Counted from the first letter of the stretch, positions 1-9,885 are shown. The stretch: DNA of 64,000 bases from Geopsychrobacteraceae bacterium (GCA_963676795.2 CAXXTB010000001.1:320001-384000), one strand, 5' to 3'. Program-made: numbers and translations. The notes: generated by a model not told the origin, from the sequence alone.

Positions 1-473
1 CGCTTGAGGGTCTTGGAGAAGACGGAGTCAACCTGGGTCATCGACATTTCACTGACCGGGTTGTCCTTGTTGACGAAAACGGCCAGGGCGTCGAGAGCGA
101 CACCGATCTGCGTCGGCTTGTAACCGAACTTGGTTTCGAAAGCCTGAATTTCCTTGTCCTTCATGGCACGGGACATCGGACCGAGCTGGCTGGTGCCTTC
201 GATCAGTGCCGGAGGAGCAGTACTGGAGCCCTTGCCTTCGATCTGAATGTTGACGTTCGGGTACTTCTTGCGGAACCCTTCAGCCCAGAAGGTCATCATG
301 TTGTTCAGGGTATCGGAACCGACGCTGTTCAGGTTGCCGGCTACACCTTGAACCTTGACGTAATCGCTGAGGTTGACATCAACTGCGATCGGAGCAGCGA
401 AAACGGAACCGGCGGAAACCGTGAGCAGGACCAGGGCAGCAGACAACCCTTTGAGGAAGTTGCGTTTTTTCAT
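1..473 (-). CDS. pstS: Phosphate ABC transporter substrate-binding protein PstS (5' part; runs off the window start)
   Basis: Not in the ORF track. Manual translation from ATG 473: [26 protein letters not shown]...[48 protein letters not shown]...GPMSR...[15 protein letters not shown], with PstS motifs and a signal peptide; AAGGAG RBS upstream. Confidence 0.93.
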   Translation of the reverse strand, partial: MKKRNFLKGLSAALVLLTVSAGSVFAAPIAVDVNLSDYVKVQGVAGNLNSVGSDTLNNMMTFWAEGFRKKYPNVNIQIEGKGSSTAPPALIEGTSQLGPMSRAMKDKEIQAFETKFGYKPTQIGVALDALAVFVNKDNPVSEMSMTQVDSVFSKTLK

Positions 474-541
474 TGTTGATCATCTCCTTAATCAATGTGT
501 ATTTGAGTCGTTTTTTGACTCTGCGGAGGATGCTCACATAA

Positions 542-569
542 TGTTAGCGATATGTTAGCGTCGTGTGAG
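542..569 (-). promoter_or_regulatory. Putative Pho box upstream of pstS
   Basis: Minus strand CTCACA-N5-CTAACA-N5-CTAACA (plus-strand tgttag 542, tgttag 553, tgtgag 564), exact 11-bp period. Confidence 0.75.
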
Positions 570-719
570 GAATTGGATAATTTGCTAATTTTTTTCAACT
601 TTCTTTTCAAACTATCAGTTACTCAATCATATCAACTAGTTTGCTCTTTCGCATAAAAAACCGACGCAATATTGCATTGCGCCGGTCAGCAGTTTAGAGC
701 CTGATTGTAGTCAAGGCCA

Positions 720-2558
720 TCAGGCAACGCATGGCAGGTGTGAGGAGGGGTAACATTCCAGGTTGCCCTGAAATTCCTGATAATATTTCAAGCCGTCGCG
801 CCCCATGTAACGCTGCAGTTGACGATTGTCGGCCTCGAGCATGTCGACCAGCAGCAGACCATCGATCACGTCGCTGAAATCGGGGTCGAGATTGAAGGCG
901 AGCAGCTTGCCGCCCAGGTTGAGATAGTGGCGCAGCAACACCGGGATTCCCTTGTTGTCCGGCTCCAGATCGGCAATCAGATCCGAGAGCTGGTCGATAT
1001 CACGCATCAGCAGATCCTTCCGGGTCTGACTGATTCCGGAAATCCTGACCGGCTTCATAGTCACCGGGATGCGCGGTTTAACCAGATGAGACAGTTCCTT
1101 GATCTGAAAATTCTTCAGCAGGCCACTGGTCAGCAGCTCTCGCGAACTGCGCCGATAATCGTTGGAGATACTGACCGGTCCGAACAGATAACGGTACTGC
1201 GGATGAGCCAGGATAAAGTGACCGATCCCCTTCCAGAGCAGCAGCAAGGGTGCGTAGGACCGCTGATATTCGCTGCGCACAAAAGAGCGGCCCATCTCCA
1301 GAGAGTTGGACATATTTCTGAATAGCTGCGGATTGTATTCAAAGAGAGTCGAGGAATAGAGACCGGCAATCCCCTTTTTCTCCAACAGCTTGTCGACCAG
1401 CCCGATGCGGTAGGCGCCAGCCAATCTCTGATGTTCATGATCCCAGAGCATCAGGTGCAGATAATCCTGGTCAAAGTGATCGAGGTCACGGCTCTTACCG
1501 GTTCCCTCGCCGACCAGGCGGAAGGTCTGTTCGCGCAGACGGCCGATTTCATTGAGCAGGTTAGGGATCTGCTCGGCCCTGGCGTAATAGACGCTGAACT
1601 CGTTGCTGGTCACCAGCTTTTGCGCCTGAGGAAGCTGATCCAGGTCGCTCAGCTGATCGGCAACGGCAATTTCTGCGGCCAGTTCTTCCTGGAGGGCATT
1701 GACCGGCAGCTGCTTTTTGAAGGCCTTCTTGAACGGTTGTTTTTCCCGCACGCCAAGTGCATAGGTACGCATGCGCAGCAGCTCAAGCATATCGTGATCT
1801 TCCATGGTCAGCAGTTTTTTAGCCTGGATCAACTGACCAACCCGCGGGCGCAGAATACGACCGCGCTGTTTGAGCATCATGCGCGGCAGCAGCAGGGTTC
1901 TCAGCCGTGGATGAAACTTGCCGGCCAGGTGAAACAGGCAGCCGTTGTCACCCGGAAAAAAGACCGGAACGACATTGGCCTTGCTCATCCTGATCAGACG
2001 CGGCAAGGTCGTACTCCAGGCCGGATCGACAACAACCGGTGCCATCTTCTGCCAGGTTGAAACCTCGCCACCGGGGAACATGATCAGCAATTCGCCCTGA
2101 CGCAGCGCCTTCAATGCAGCACGCATTGGCGACACGTTATTTTTGGCAGCATCCTTACCGCCGAAAGGATCGACCTGGATCAGTTTTTCCCGCAGCTGCG
2201 GGATACGCGCCAGTAGGCCATTCCCCATCACCTTGAAATCGCTGCGAATCCGGCTGATCATATTGATCAGTACAACACCATCGATACCACCGTATGGATG
2301 GTTGGCAACGAGGATACAGGCCCCCGTTGCCGGGACCTTTTCCAGTTCCTGCTCGGCCACCTGATATTCAACACCAAGGGTGCTGAGCACCTCGCCACTG
2401 AACTGTTCGAGTGAATCACCTGCATTGAGTGTCGTATAGAGCTGCTGACAGCGCTTAAGACCTGAAACCCATTCCAGGGTCTGAACCAGTGGATTATTGA
2501 AACCTTTTTCTGTTATGAGAAAGGGCGTCTCGATTGGACAGCGTTCGACTTGAGCCAT
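720..2558 (-). CDS. Bifunctional PlsC-type acyltransferase / GNAT N-acyltransferase, OlsF-like ornithine (amino)lipid synthase
   Basis: N-terminal NHPYGGID and FPGGEVS acyltransferase motifs; C-terminal EIGRLREQTFRLVGEGTGKSRDLDHFD...LEMGRSFV of the OlsB/Acetyltransf_5 type; start placed at ATG 2558 after AAGGAG. Confidence 0.85.
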   Translation of the reverse strand: MAQVERCPIETPFLITEKGFNNPLVQTLEWVSGLKRCQQLYTTLNAGDSLEQFSGEVLSTLGVEYQVAEQELEKVPATGACILVANHPYGGIDGVVLINMISRIRSDFKVMGNGLLARIPQLREKLIQVDPFGGKDAAKNNVSPMRAALKALRQGELLIMFPGGEVSTWQKMAPVVVDPAWSTTLPRLIRMSKANVVPVFFPGDNGCLFHLAGKFHPRLRTLLLPRMMLKQRGRILRPRVGQLIQAKKLLTMEDHDMLELLRMRTYALGVREKQPFKKAFKKQLPVNALQEELAAEIAVADQLSDLDQLPQAQKLVTSNEFSVYYARAEQIPNLLNEIGRLREQTFRLVGEGTGKSRDLDHFDQDYLHLMLWDHEHQRLAGAYRIGLVDKLLEKKGIAGLYSSTLFEYNPQLFRNMSNSLEMGRSFVRSEYQRSYAPLLLLWKGIGHFILAHPQYRYLFGPVSISNDYRRSSRELLTSGLLKNFQIKELSHLVKPRIPVTMKPVRISGISQTRKDLLMRDIDQLSDLIADLEPDNKGIPVLLRHYLNLGGKLLAFNLDPDFSDVIDGLLLVDMLEADNRQLQRYMGRDGLKYYQEFQGNLECYPSSHLPCVA

Positions 2559-2601
2559 CTCATTCTCCTTCGAAAATTTTGGCCGCATAAAGCCCGAAAA
2601 C

Positions 2602-2640
2602 TGTTCGAAACAGATTGAGAGACTGTGAGTTTTTTGTAAA
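2602..2640 (-). promoter_or_regulatory. Putative Pho box for the OlsF-like gene
   Basis: Minus strand TTTACA-N5-CTCACA-N5-TCAATC-N5-CGAACA, 11-bp phased. Confidence 0.55.
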
Positions 2641-2671
2641 AAACGACAAAAACTTTCAAGTTTTTACCCAC

Positions 2672-2721
2672 CTAACAAAATATCAACCTTCCACTCACCA
2701 ATTCGTAACCTTTTCCTGATA
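2672..2721 (+). promoter_or_regulatory. Putative Pho-box array (5 half-sites) for the receiver/MCP genes
   Basis: CTAACA 2672, TCAACC 2683, CTCACC 2694, GTAACC 2705, CTGATA 2716. Confidence 0.65.
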
Positions 2722-2760
2722 GCTCCAACAAATAATTATCATTCTCAGATTGGGAGAGCC

Positions 2761-3210
2761 ATGCTGCCAGTTGAAGCAAACACCGGGGGGAACGTCTCTT
2801 GCGGGACGGAACGCTTGATAGGCAAAGATGATGGAATCCGCAAAGTCCTGCTTGTTGAAGATGAAGAAGCTCTTGCCGAGATTCTCAGTTTCAACCTGAA
2901 CAAGCATGGCTTCCAGGTCTTTACGGCCGCTGACGGACTTGAGGCCTGCCGGATCATCGGCCGTGAGCAGCCGGATCTGATTCTGCTCGATATCCTGATG
3001 CCCCTGCTGAACGGTCTCGAGGTCTGCCGTATGGTACGCCAACATGAAGACAGAACCATCTCACGCACGCCGATCATCATCATGAGTGCCTTAAGCAGTG
3101 CTAAGGACAAGCTCAAAGGTGCCGATCTGGGAGCGGATATGTACCTGCCCAAACCCTACGACATCAAGCAGGTCATCGAAAACTGCCGCAGATTGCTGAA
3201 CATTCACTGA
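2761..3210 (+). CDS. Single-domain response regulator (receiver only)
   Basis: VLLVEDE, LILLDILMP phospho-acceptor, IIIMSA, YLPKPY; no output domain. Confidence 0.9.
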   Translation: MLPVEANTGGNVSCGTERLIGKDDGIRKVLLVEDEEALAEILSFNLNKHGFQVFTAADGLEACRIIGREQPDLILLDILMPLLNGLEVCRMVRQHEDRTISRTPIIIMSALSSAKDKLKGADLGADMYLPKPYDIKQVIENCRRLLNIH

Positions 3211-3397
3211 TCTGCATATGCACTCACAGTCAACCGGTCCAGCGAATCCCCCTTCTGCCTGTCCGGGTCAGAGCGTTTTTTTTTTATGAGTGGGAGTTCT
3301 AAGCTTCGGTTTCCAGCCTAACCTATTCAAAAGCTCATAACCCGCTAAAAAAGTAAGGGCTTAACCGCGCCAATATCTTTTCAAAAAGGGATTCAAC

Positions 3398-5587
3398 ATG
3401 AACGTTAGCAGAAAATTAACAGCGATTTTTCTCATACTTATTTGCCTGACCCTGTTGATGAGCGCCTATTCAATCCATAGCACCCGGACAATCAGCCAGG
3501 CCCATGATGAAACCTTCGCGTCACTGCAGGCTGCGAGTCAGACAACAGCTGAATCGAAAAGCATCAGCCAGTCTCTTTCTCTGCTGCGTGAAGTTCGAGG
3601 GCGGCTGGCGACTGCCATGGGGGAGATGCACGGGCGGATGCTGCAGAACGACCAGGCGATCAACGCCATGAACGACAGGGTCATGAGCCAATTCTTCAGC
3701 GCCGATCAGCTGGCGAATTACGCGACGATACTTGGCAAGGATGCCACATGGACCGAGAGTATCGTCAGCGATTTCAATCAGGTAAAAACCCTGTCAACAG
3801 CTGTTGATGAGGCCTGGCAACCAAGCCATGTCGGGCTCTATCAGGAACTGAGCGAACTGAAAAGAACCATCCTTTACTGGACTCTGAAGGTGACAAACAT
3901 GCTGTTCGTCCAGAGTTCAATCGATGAGCTTCTTTATGAAGATATCGCTGACTCCCCGGTTGAACAGTTCAGACAGGGGAAAACCTATCAGCGCTACGCA
4001 GACGGTTTTCCCGCCCTGAAAGAGGCGATGGATAAAGTCTCAGCCAGCAACGAGGAGCTGATGGGGAAAGCCAACGAACTCGACATGCTGATCTTTTTCA
4101 GTAAATGGGACGAAGCACGTAAGTTTTTCCGCGACAACTTCCCGATGGCCGTCAAGGGTATGATGGTCGACCTGGACATGGTCATTATGTTGGAAGACAG
4201 GCTGCTCAAGGCTCAGGAACAGGCCAGGGCAGAGCTGGATGATCAGCTGCTTCCCAAGGTGAATCAGCTGCAGGCCAAGCTGCAAACCATTGAAGATGAA
4301 TTGACAGAAATCAAATTATCCTCTGACCAGGCCGTGGTGACGGCTGCGTCGCAGGTTATCAGCCTGAATGAAGCAATTCAGGAAAAAATTACCGCAATCA
4401 GTCGTTCCAGTCTCATATTTGCCGGGCTGATCATTGGCATCGGGGTACTGGCCTGCGTTCTCGGAACCCGAATGATTACGGTGCCATTGAAAAAAGTCAT
4501 CCATATGCTGCAGCGCCTGGAAGACGGGGATCTCGATTATCGCCTTGAGTTGCGTCAGAAGGATGAGTTCGGCCAGCTGGCCAAGACTCTCGATGCCTTT
4601 GCCGACACCCTGAAGAATGAAATCCTCAACGCCTTCAACAGATTGGCAGTTGGCGACCTGACGGTCAGTGCCGAAGGGGTGATCAAGGAACCTTTGAAGG
4701 CAACCAATAACGCTCTGAATGATGTCATGTTGCGAATTCAGGGGGCCGCTGAGCAGATCAGCGGCGGCAGCCGCCAGATGAGTGAATCCTCCGCCAGCCT
4801 GGCAGCGGGTGCGACGGAAGCCTCATCCTCCCTGGAGCAGATCAGTCAGCTGATGAATCTTATGCTCAACAGTTCCGCTGATACGGCAAGAAATGCCGAT
4901 CGTACCGACATGCTGGCAAAAGAAGCCACCGATGCGGCCCGGGCCGGGCACCGCCAGGTCGGCGACATGCAGAATGCCATGCAGGAGATCAGCCGGGCCG
5001 GAGAAAGCATCAGGAAGATCATCAGCGTTATTGATGAAATCGCCTTTCAGACCAATCTGCTGGCGCTGAATGCAGCGGTTGAAGCTGCTCGCGCCGGACA
5101 GCATGGCAAAGGCTTTGCCGTCGTTGCCGAAGAGGTCCGCAACCTGGCCGCCCGCAGCTCCAAAGCCGCACAGGAAACTTCTGAACTGATCCAGGCCTCA
5201 CTCAAGAAGGTCGCCAACGGTTCCAAGATCGCCGAGGAAACATCGGCCGCTCTTGAAGACATCGTAACCTCCAATTCCCGGGTCTCGGACCTGATCGCTG
5301 AAATCGCCTCGGCCAGCAACAGGCAGGCGTCAGGGGTTTCCGATGTCAATGAACGGCTCGAGGAGATTGAAAGAGTGATTTCACAAAGCATGGCGATTTC
5401 CGAGGAGAGCGCCTCCGTCGGCCAGATTCTGTCTTCCCAGGCTCTTCTGCTGCAGGATCTGCTGTCCGGTTTCACCCTGATTGATCTCCAGGATCCTTCT
5501 TATCAGCAACAGATCCCCTACATCGAGAGTAATGATGCTCTGGCCGATTATCCTTCCGGATGTCATCTGAAGCTAGTTGCCAATTAG
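3398..5587 (+). CDS. Methyl-accepting chemotaxis protein with a large periplasmic region
   Basis: Two TM segments, HAMP (PLKKV...GDLDYRL...DEFGQL), hairpin tip [37 protein letters not shown]. Confidence 0.95.
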   Translation: MNVSRKLTAIFLILICLTLLMSAYSIHSTRTISQAHDETFASLQAASQTTAESKSISQSLSLLREVRGRLATAMGEMHGRMLQNDQAINAMNDRVMSQFFSADQLANYATILGKDATWTESIVSDFNQVKTLSTAVDEAWQPSHVGLYQELSELKRTILYWTLKVTNMLFVQSSIDELLYEDIADSPVEQFRQGKTYQRYADGFPALKEAMDKVSASNEELMGKANELDMLIFFSKWDEARKFFRDNFPMAVKGMMVDLDMVIMLEDRLLKAQEQARAELDDQLLPKVNQLQAKLQTIEDELTEIKLSSDQAVVTAASQVISLNEAIQEKITAISRSSLIFAGLIIGIGVLACVLGTRMITVPLKKVIHMLQRLEDGDLDYRLELRQKDEFGQLAKTLDAFADTLKNEILNAFNRLAVGDLTVSAEGVIKEPLKATNNALNDVMLRIQGAAEQISGGSRQMSESSASLAAGATEASSSLEQISQLMNLMLNSSADTARNADRTDMLAKEATDAARAGHRQVGDMQNAMQEISRAGESIRKIISVIDEIAFQTNLLALNAAVEAARAGQHGKGFAVVAEEVRNLAARSSKAAQETSELIQASLKKVANGSKIAEETSAALEDIVTSNSRVSDLIAEIASASNRQASGVSDVNERLEEIERVISQSMAISEESASVGQILSSQALLLQDLLSGFTLIDLQDPSYQQQIPYIESNDALADYPSGCHLKLVAN

Positions 5588-5596
5588 TTGCGCCGA

Positions 5597-5613
5597 ATCA
5601 CACAAAGCTAACC
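5597..5613 (+). promoter_or_regulatory. Possible Pho box upstream of the choice-of-anchor I lipoprotein
   Basis: ATCACA 5597 and CTAACC 5608 (11 bp apart); GAAACA 5630 is also in phase. Confidence 0.45.
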
Positions 5614-5705
5614 GCACTTGAATATTCCGGAAACAAATACAGCATATTCCTCACACTTTAACCTGCGGGCTCTGTATGGCCCGACTTACCTGGAGGAATA
5701 GATTC

Positions 5706-7472
5706 ATGAAGAAAACGAGAATGCGCTATATGGGCTTCCTGCTGCTCCTGTTGGTTGGGTTGGCAGGCTGTCACACCAAGGGGATTCAGACTGATGATCA
5801 GGCTGCTGACCAGACAATCGCCCTGACCCACCTGGCCAGTACGGCCTCTCAGGCCTTTGACGAAAGCGCAGCCGAAATTGTCACCTTTGATGCTGCCAAT
5901 AAAAACATCCTGGTCGTCAATGCCAATTCAGGGCATATCGACCTGTTCTCAGCCAAATCGTTGACGGCTCTTGAGGGTGCCAATCCAACAGCAACGATCA
6001 ATCTGGGCGCTATGCTGGCAGAAAACGGCAAAGTGGCCGATGAGGCGTTGGTCGGAGCTGCCAACAGCGGCGATCTTTTTGGCAACCTCGCGGCTGTCGC
6101 CGTTGAGGCCGCCACCAAGACCAATGCCGGATGGGTTGTGTTTTTTGACCCGACGACTCTCCGTTACGTCAACGCTGTTCAGGTTGGTGCCCTGCCGGAC
6201 ATGCTCACCTTTACTCCAGACGGCAGCAAGGTCGTCGTCGCCAACGAGGGGGAACCGGATCCCGGCTATCAGAATGATCCGGAAGGAAGCGTCAGCATCA
6301 TCAGTGTCGCCGATTACAGTGTGACCAGGGTCGGTTTCAGCGATTTCAACAACGGCGCAGCCCGTCATGCTGAATTACCGACAGACAAAATGATCATCGA
6401 TGGTGTCAATGCGACAGTCGCCAAAAGCTTCGAACCTGAATACATCACAGTCGCTGAGGACAGCTCAAAGGCCTATGTCACCCTGCAGGAAAACAACGCA
6501 ATTGCCGTCATCGATCTGGCCAGCGCCAGCGTCGATAAAATCATCGGCCTCGGCTTTAAGGATCACTCTCTTCCCGGTCATGAGCTGGACGCCAGCCAGA
6601 AGGATGGCCTGAACATGAAAAGCTGGCCGGTCATGGGCATCTACATGCCGGACTCCATCACCTCGTTCAGCTATAAGGGAAAAACCTACCTGCTGACCGC
6701 CAACGAAGGAGACAGCCGCCAGGATTGGCTTGAGGGCGTTGCTCAGCAGGACTGTGAAGCGGCAGGCTATTATTACGATGCCGCTGATGGTGATGAAGAT
6801 CCTGAAACTCTCTGTGTGGATGAGTTCAATGCCAAAGACTTCTGGAATAAAACCACCCATAACGTCACACTCAACTCCGGCATGGACAACGATGGTTTCG
6901 GCGATAAGAAATCCGGCCTGCAACGGCTGAAATTTTCCTATTTCACCACCGTCAGGATGAACGGCGGCACCAACTTTGAAAAACTCTATGCCTACGGGGC
7001 TCGTTCCTTCTCGATCTGGGACGCGGCAAGCGGCGAGCTGATCTATGATTCGGGCAGTGACTTCGAACGCATCACCGCCGGGATTTACGGAGACAATTTC
7101 AACAACGACAATGCCGAAAACACCGGCGATGACCGCAGTGACAACAAGGGGCCGGAGCCGGAAGGCATTGCCGTGGGCAAGATCAATGGCCGCACTTATG
7201 CCTTCATCGGCCTGGAGCGCATGGGCGGCATCATGGTCTACGATGTCTCCAATCCCTATGCGCCGGAATATATCCAGTACATCAATAACCGCGATGTGAG
7301 CATCGATTTCTCTGCTGGCTATGACAGCAAAGTCGGCGACCTCGGTCCTGAAGGTGTCCACTTTGTAACCGCGACTGACAGCCCGAACGGTAAGCCTCTT
7401 GTCCTGGTCGGCAATGAAGTCAGTGGCACGACCGCTGTTTATCAGATCGATGTGACCAGAATGCAGAAATAA
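5706..7472 (+). CDS. Choice-of-anchor I family beta-propeller lipoprotein, alkaline phosphatase-like
   Basis: Lipobox LAGC; motifs VGALPDMLTFTPDG, VANEGEP, FEPEYI, LQENNA, YGARSFSIW, RSDNKGPEPEG, GLERMGG, LGPEG, VGNEVSGT; GGAGGA RBS before ATG 5706. Confidence 0.82.
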   Translation: MKKTRMRYMGFLLLLLVGLAGCHTKGIQTDDQAADQTIALTHLASTASQAFDESAAEIVTFDAANKNILVVNANSGHIDLFSAKSLTALEGANPTATINLGAMLAENGKVADEALVGAANSGDLFGNLAAVAVEAATKTNAGWVVFFDPTTLRYVNAVQVGALPDMLTFTPDGSKVVVANEGEPDPGYQNDPEGSVSIISVADYSVTRVGFSDFNNGAARHAELPTDKMIIDGVNATVAKSFEPEYITVAEDSSKAYVTLQENNAIAVIDLASASVDKIIGLGFKDHSLPGHELDASQKDGLNMKSWPVMGIYMPDSITSFSYKGKTYLLTANEGDSRQDWLEGVAQQDCEAAGYYYDAADGDEDPETLCVDEFNAKDFWNKTTHNVTLNSGMDNDGFGDKKSGLQRLKFSYFTTVRMNGGTNFEKLYAYGARSFSIWDAASGELIYDSGSDFERITAGIYGDNFNNDNAENTGDDRSDNKGPEPEGIAVGKINGRTYAFIGLERMGGIMVYDVSNPYAPEYIQYINNRDVSIDFSAGYDSKVGDLGPEGVHFVTATDSPNGKPLVLVGNEVSGTTAVYQIDVTRMQK

Positions 7473-7479
7473 ACTCTGA

Positions 7480-7520
7480 ACGTGAAATGGCCTTGCAAAG
7501 TCTGCAAGGCCATTTCACGT
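7480..7520. terminator. Perfect 18-bp-stem hairpin after the lipoprotein gene
   Basis: acgtgaaatggccttgca-aagtc-tgcaaggccatttcacgt; no clear U tract. Confidence 0.6.
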
Positions 7521-7779
7521 CTGGGCAAGTCGTTTCTCTCATTTTCACAGAACAGCAAAACCAACCTCACTTTTTCAGGTATCAGACAACCCCTCATCTC
7601 CCGCTGACCAAAACAGTTCTTGGTGCCGGTCCTCAGGGCGAGACGGTCATTTTTGAGTTCAACAAGAACAAACCGGAAGAAACCGATCGCCTGATCAAGA
7701 CCTACCAGAGATAGAACCGGATTGTGACACCATGGCAGGGCAGCTGATCTGAACGCCCTGCCCGATCCGTTCGTCAAAT

Positions 7780-7811
7780 AAAAGCCGGCAATATGAACAC
7801 TGCCGGCTTTT
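7780..7811. terminator. Bidirectional intrinsic terminator
   Basis: aaaagccggca-N10-tgccggctttt between convergent genes. Confidence 0.7.
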
Positions 7812-7874
7812 GCTTATGCCGCGAGTAAAGTTTTTCAGCAGCCTCATGATATGACCAGCTGCGCGAGAAAAAAC

Positions 7875-9629
7875 TTAACGAAAAAAGGTCTCGAGTCCCG
7901 CTGTCTGTCCTTCACTGATCCCGGGAAAACGATGCCGTTGCCAACGTTTCAGCAGTGCGAACATCCAGCCACTGAGTGGGATCAGAAAACAGCGGTCAAA
8001 AAGCCGGTAGCCCGGCTGCCGCCGCAGAAAAAGACTGAAGAAAAAGCCTGTCGTGACCCAACGGATATGAAAAGGTGAAAAGTCACATTCTATCTGAAAC
8101 CCCTTGGGGTAACGCTTGCGATAGGCGCGCACCTTCGCTTTGATCTTTTCTTCCCTTTTTCGCCCTGCCTTCCCCAGGTAGAAACGCCGCAAGGCGATCA
8201 ACAGTTCAAAACTATCGAGTGCCATGGTCAACGGCTCCTGTTCAGAAGGAAAGTCAGACACCAGCTCACGCAGACGCCTGATAAGCTTGCGCTGCCTGAG
8301 GTCGCCCTGACGAAGCTGTTTGGGGTTGGTGATTGCAATCAAAAACAACAGCCGCAACGCTCGATTCACCAGCACCGTATCCCAGAAGATCCAGAGCAGC
8401 GGTGGTACGGAAACCCGCCGAAACCAGAACGACTGGCGGGCAAATGGGGCAAAATACCAGAGCTCATCGATCAGTTGATCAAAGCCGTTGACCAGCTCAA
8501 CAACCTGATCGACAGCCTTTTCCGGAAAACGCGTTGTGGCAAAGCGCTGTAAAATCTCCGGAGAAGAGATTCTTCCCGTAAACAGCTCGGCGACAGCCTG
8601 CGCATTCAGTTCATTCCATGGCGATGAATCATCCAGAAAGCTCAGCCGGTCAAAATGAGACCAGCCCCCGGTTTGGCACCAGACCATGACACCCCGTAAT
8701 GTTCGGCAGCTTTGCAGCTGGTTGCGGATCTGTTCATATTGGCGCCCGACATAAGCGGGAAAGAGCCCGAACCCTTCGTATTCACGGCGCGCCTGAAGTT
8801 CGATGATCTGCATATGCGGACAGACGGGAATATAGTCATTCAGGGGCTGATAACGAAAAAAATCTCCGGCTCCGTACTTGTGCGACAAAACCAGGGCGGA
8901 CGATTCTATACCCGCCAAAGCAGCTTCAAGGGTCTTCCGATTCCAGTTCAGATCGCCGATCGAGTAGGCCCCCAGGCCCCAGGTACGAAAGATGAGCAGC
9001 TTTTGCTGAGCTTCAAAAACCGGTAGCAGGTTCTTAAGCCAGCGGTTGCACTGGCGGGCACTGCGAATGGTGAGTCGGCTCTTGAACGCTGAAACAACAT
9101 CCTCGCCATCGGGTTCGCCGATTCTGGTCACGACCCCATCGATCATAGGAAACAGATCGAACAGACGTTCAATGGCCTCGCACAACAGTTCGCGCATGGC
9201 CCTGTCACGCCCTCTGGTGTGGGATTCAATATGAGGGTTCCAGAACATGATGTCCGTGGTTATGAAGATTTTCAACCCGCAGGACTGAGCGATCTTGAAG
9301 ACCTTGCGAAATAATTTCTGATAGGAATGAACTGTACGGCTTAATCGATATGGATAGAAGTCGAACAGCGTCAGGTGAGCAAGATCATCGAAGGTGATGG
9401 CACTATAGCCTGCGGCTTTGACGCGTTGACAGTAAAGACTCAGCGCCTGGGTAATCTGCGCCTTGACCCTGGTGGAGATTTTTCCATGCTCCGCCAACTC
9501 CGGCAGGGGCGCCTTTGACCAGTTCCGACTATGGCCATCGACGACAGGTACAAAAAACGGTGCAGAGCCATCGACCAGCAACAGATCACGCTTATGTTGA
9601 GTTTGATTTAGATCCGTCATAACCAACAA
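7875..9629 (-). CDS. Uncharacterised protein, probable GH67 (alpha-glucuronidase)-like TIM barrel with a basic/hydrophobic C-terminus
   Basis: 584-aa ORF; segments IDGVVTRIGEPDG, LLIFRTW, SHKYGAGDFFRYQP and IELQARREYEGFG parallel GH67 strand motifs as I recall them; start TTG 9629 or ATG 9620. Confidence 0.55.
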   Translation of the reverse strand: MLVMTDLNQTQHKRDLLLVDGSAPFFVPVVDGHSRNWSKAPLPELAEHGKISTRVKAQITQALSLYCQRVKAAGYSAITFDDLAHLTLFDFYPYRLSRTVHSYQKLFRKVFKIAQSCGLKIFITTDIMFWNPHIESHTRGRDRAMRELLCEAIERLFDLFPMIDGVVTRIGEPDGEDVVSAFKSRLTIRSARQCNRWLKNLLPVFEAQQKLLIFRTWGLGAYSIGDLNWNRKTLEAALAGIESSALVLSHKYGAGDFFRYQPLNDYIPVCPHMQIIELQARREYEGFGLFPAYVGRQYEQIRNQLQSCRTLRGVMVWCQTGGWSHFDRLSFLDDSSPWNELNAQAVAELFTGRISSPEILQRFATTRFPEKAVDQVVELVNGFDQLIDELWYFAPFARQSFWFRRVSVPPLLWIFWDTVLVNRALRLLFLIAITNPKQLRQGDLRQRKLIRRLRELVSDFPSEQEPLTMALDSFELLIALRRFYLGKAGRKREEKIKAKVRAYRKRYPKGFQIECDFSPFHIRWVTTGFFFSLFLRRQPGYRLFDRCFLIPLSGWMFALLKRWQRHRFPGISEGQTAGLETFFR

Positions 9630-9756
9630 CCAACCCCTGGAAGAAAATAATCTGTCATGCTCTCACACCATAGATCATCCAAATGCCCGTCCCCCTCCAA
9701 CATTTGCTTTTCCAGATTCAAATTTTTAGAATTTAAGATCTTAATCTTTTTCTTTT

Positions 9757-9784
9757 GATGAGCAGGATACGAGGAAATCATGAG
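9757..9784 (-). promoter_or_regulatory. Possible Pho box for the GH67-like gene
   Basis: Minus strand CTCATG-N5-CTCGTA-N5-CTCATC, 11-bp phased. Confidence 0.45.
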
Positions 9785-9857
9785 TTTTTAAGGATCTCAT
9801 CACCTGTTTCCACGACATTCTCAGCCAAAGTAAATTTCCAGTCGATTTAATGCGCTT

Positions 9858-9885
9858 CTAACACTCTTCTTGCTTCCTCCTTACA
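9858..9885 (+). promoter_or_regulatory. Putative Pho box for the porin gene
   Basis: CTAACA 9858, CTTGCT 9869, CTTACA 9880. Confidence 0.55.

Noticed and set aside
373..558. 61-aa plus-strand ORF
   Set aside because: Antisense to the pstS 5' end and promoter
2672..2721. Phased repeats considered as a CRISPR or iteron array
   Set aside because: 6-bp units with 5-bp spacers are far too short; no cas or rep genes
3318..3366. Possible separate Pho box before the MCP (CTCATA 3334, CTAAAA 3345)
   Set aside because: Only two weak sites are in phase; nearby CTAACC and TTAACC are out of phase
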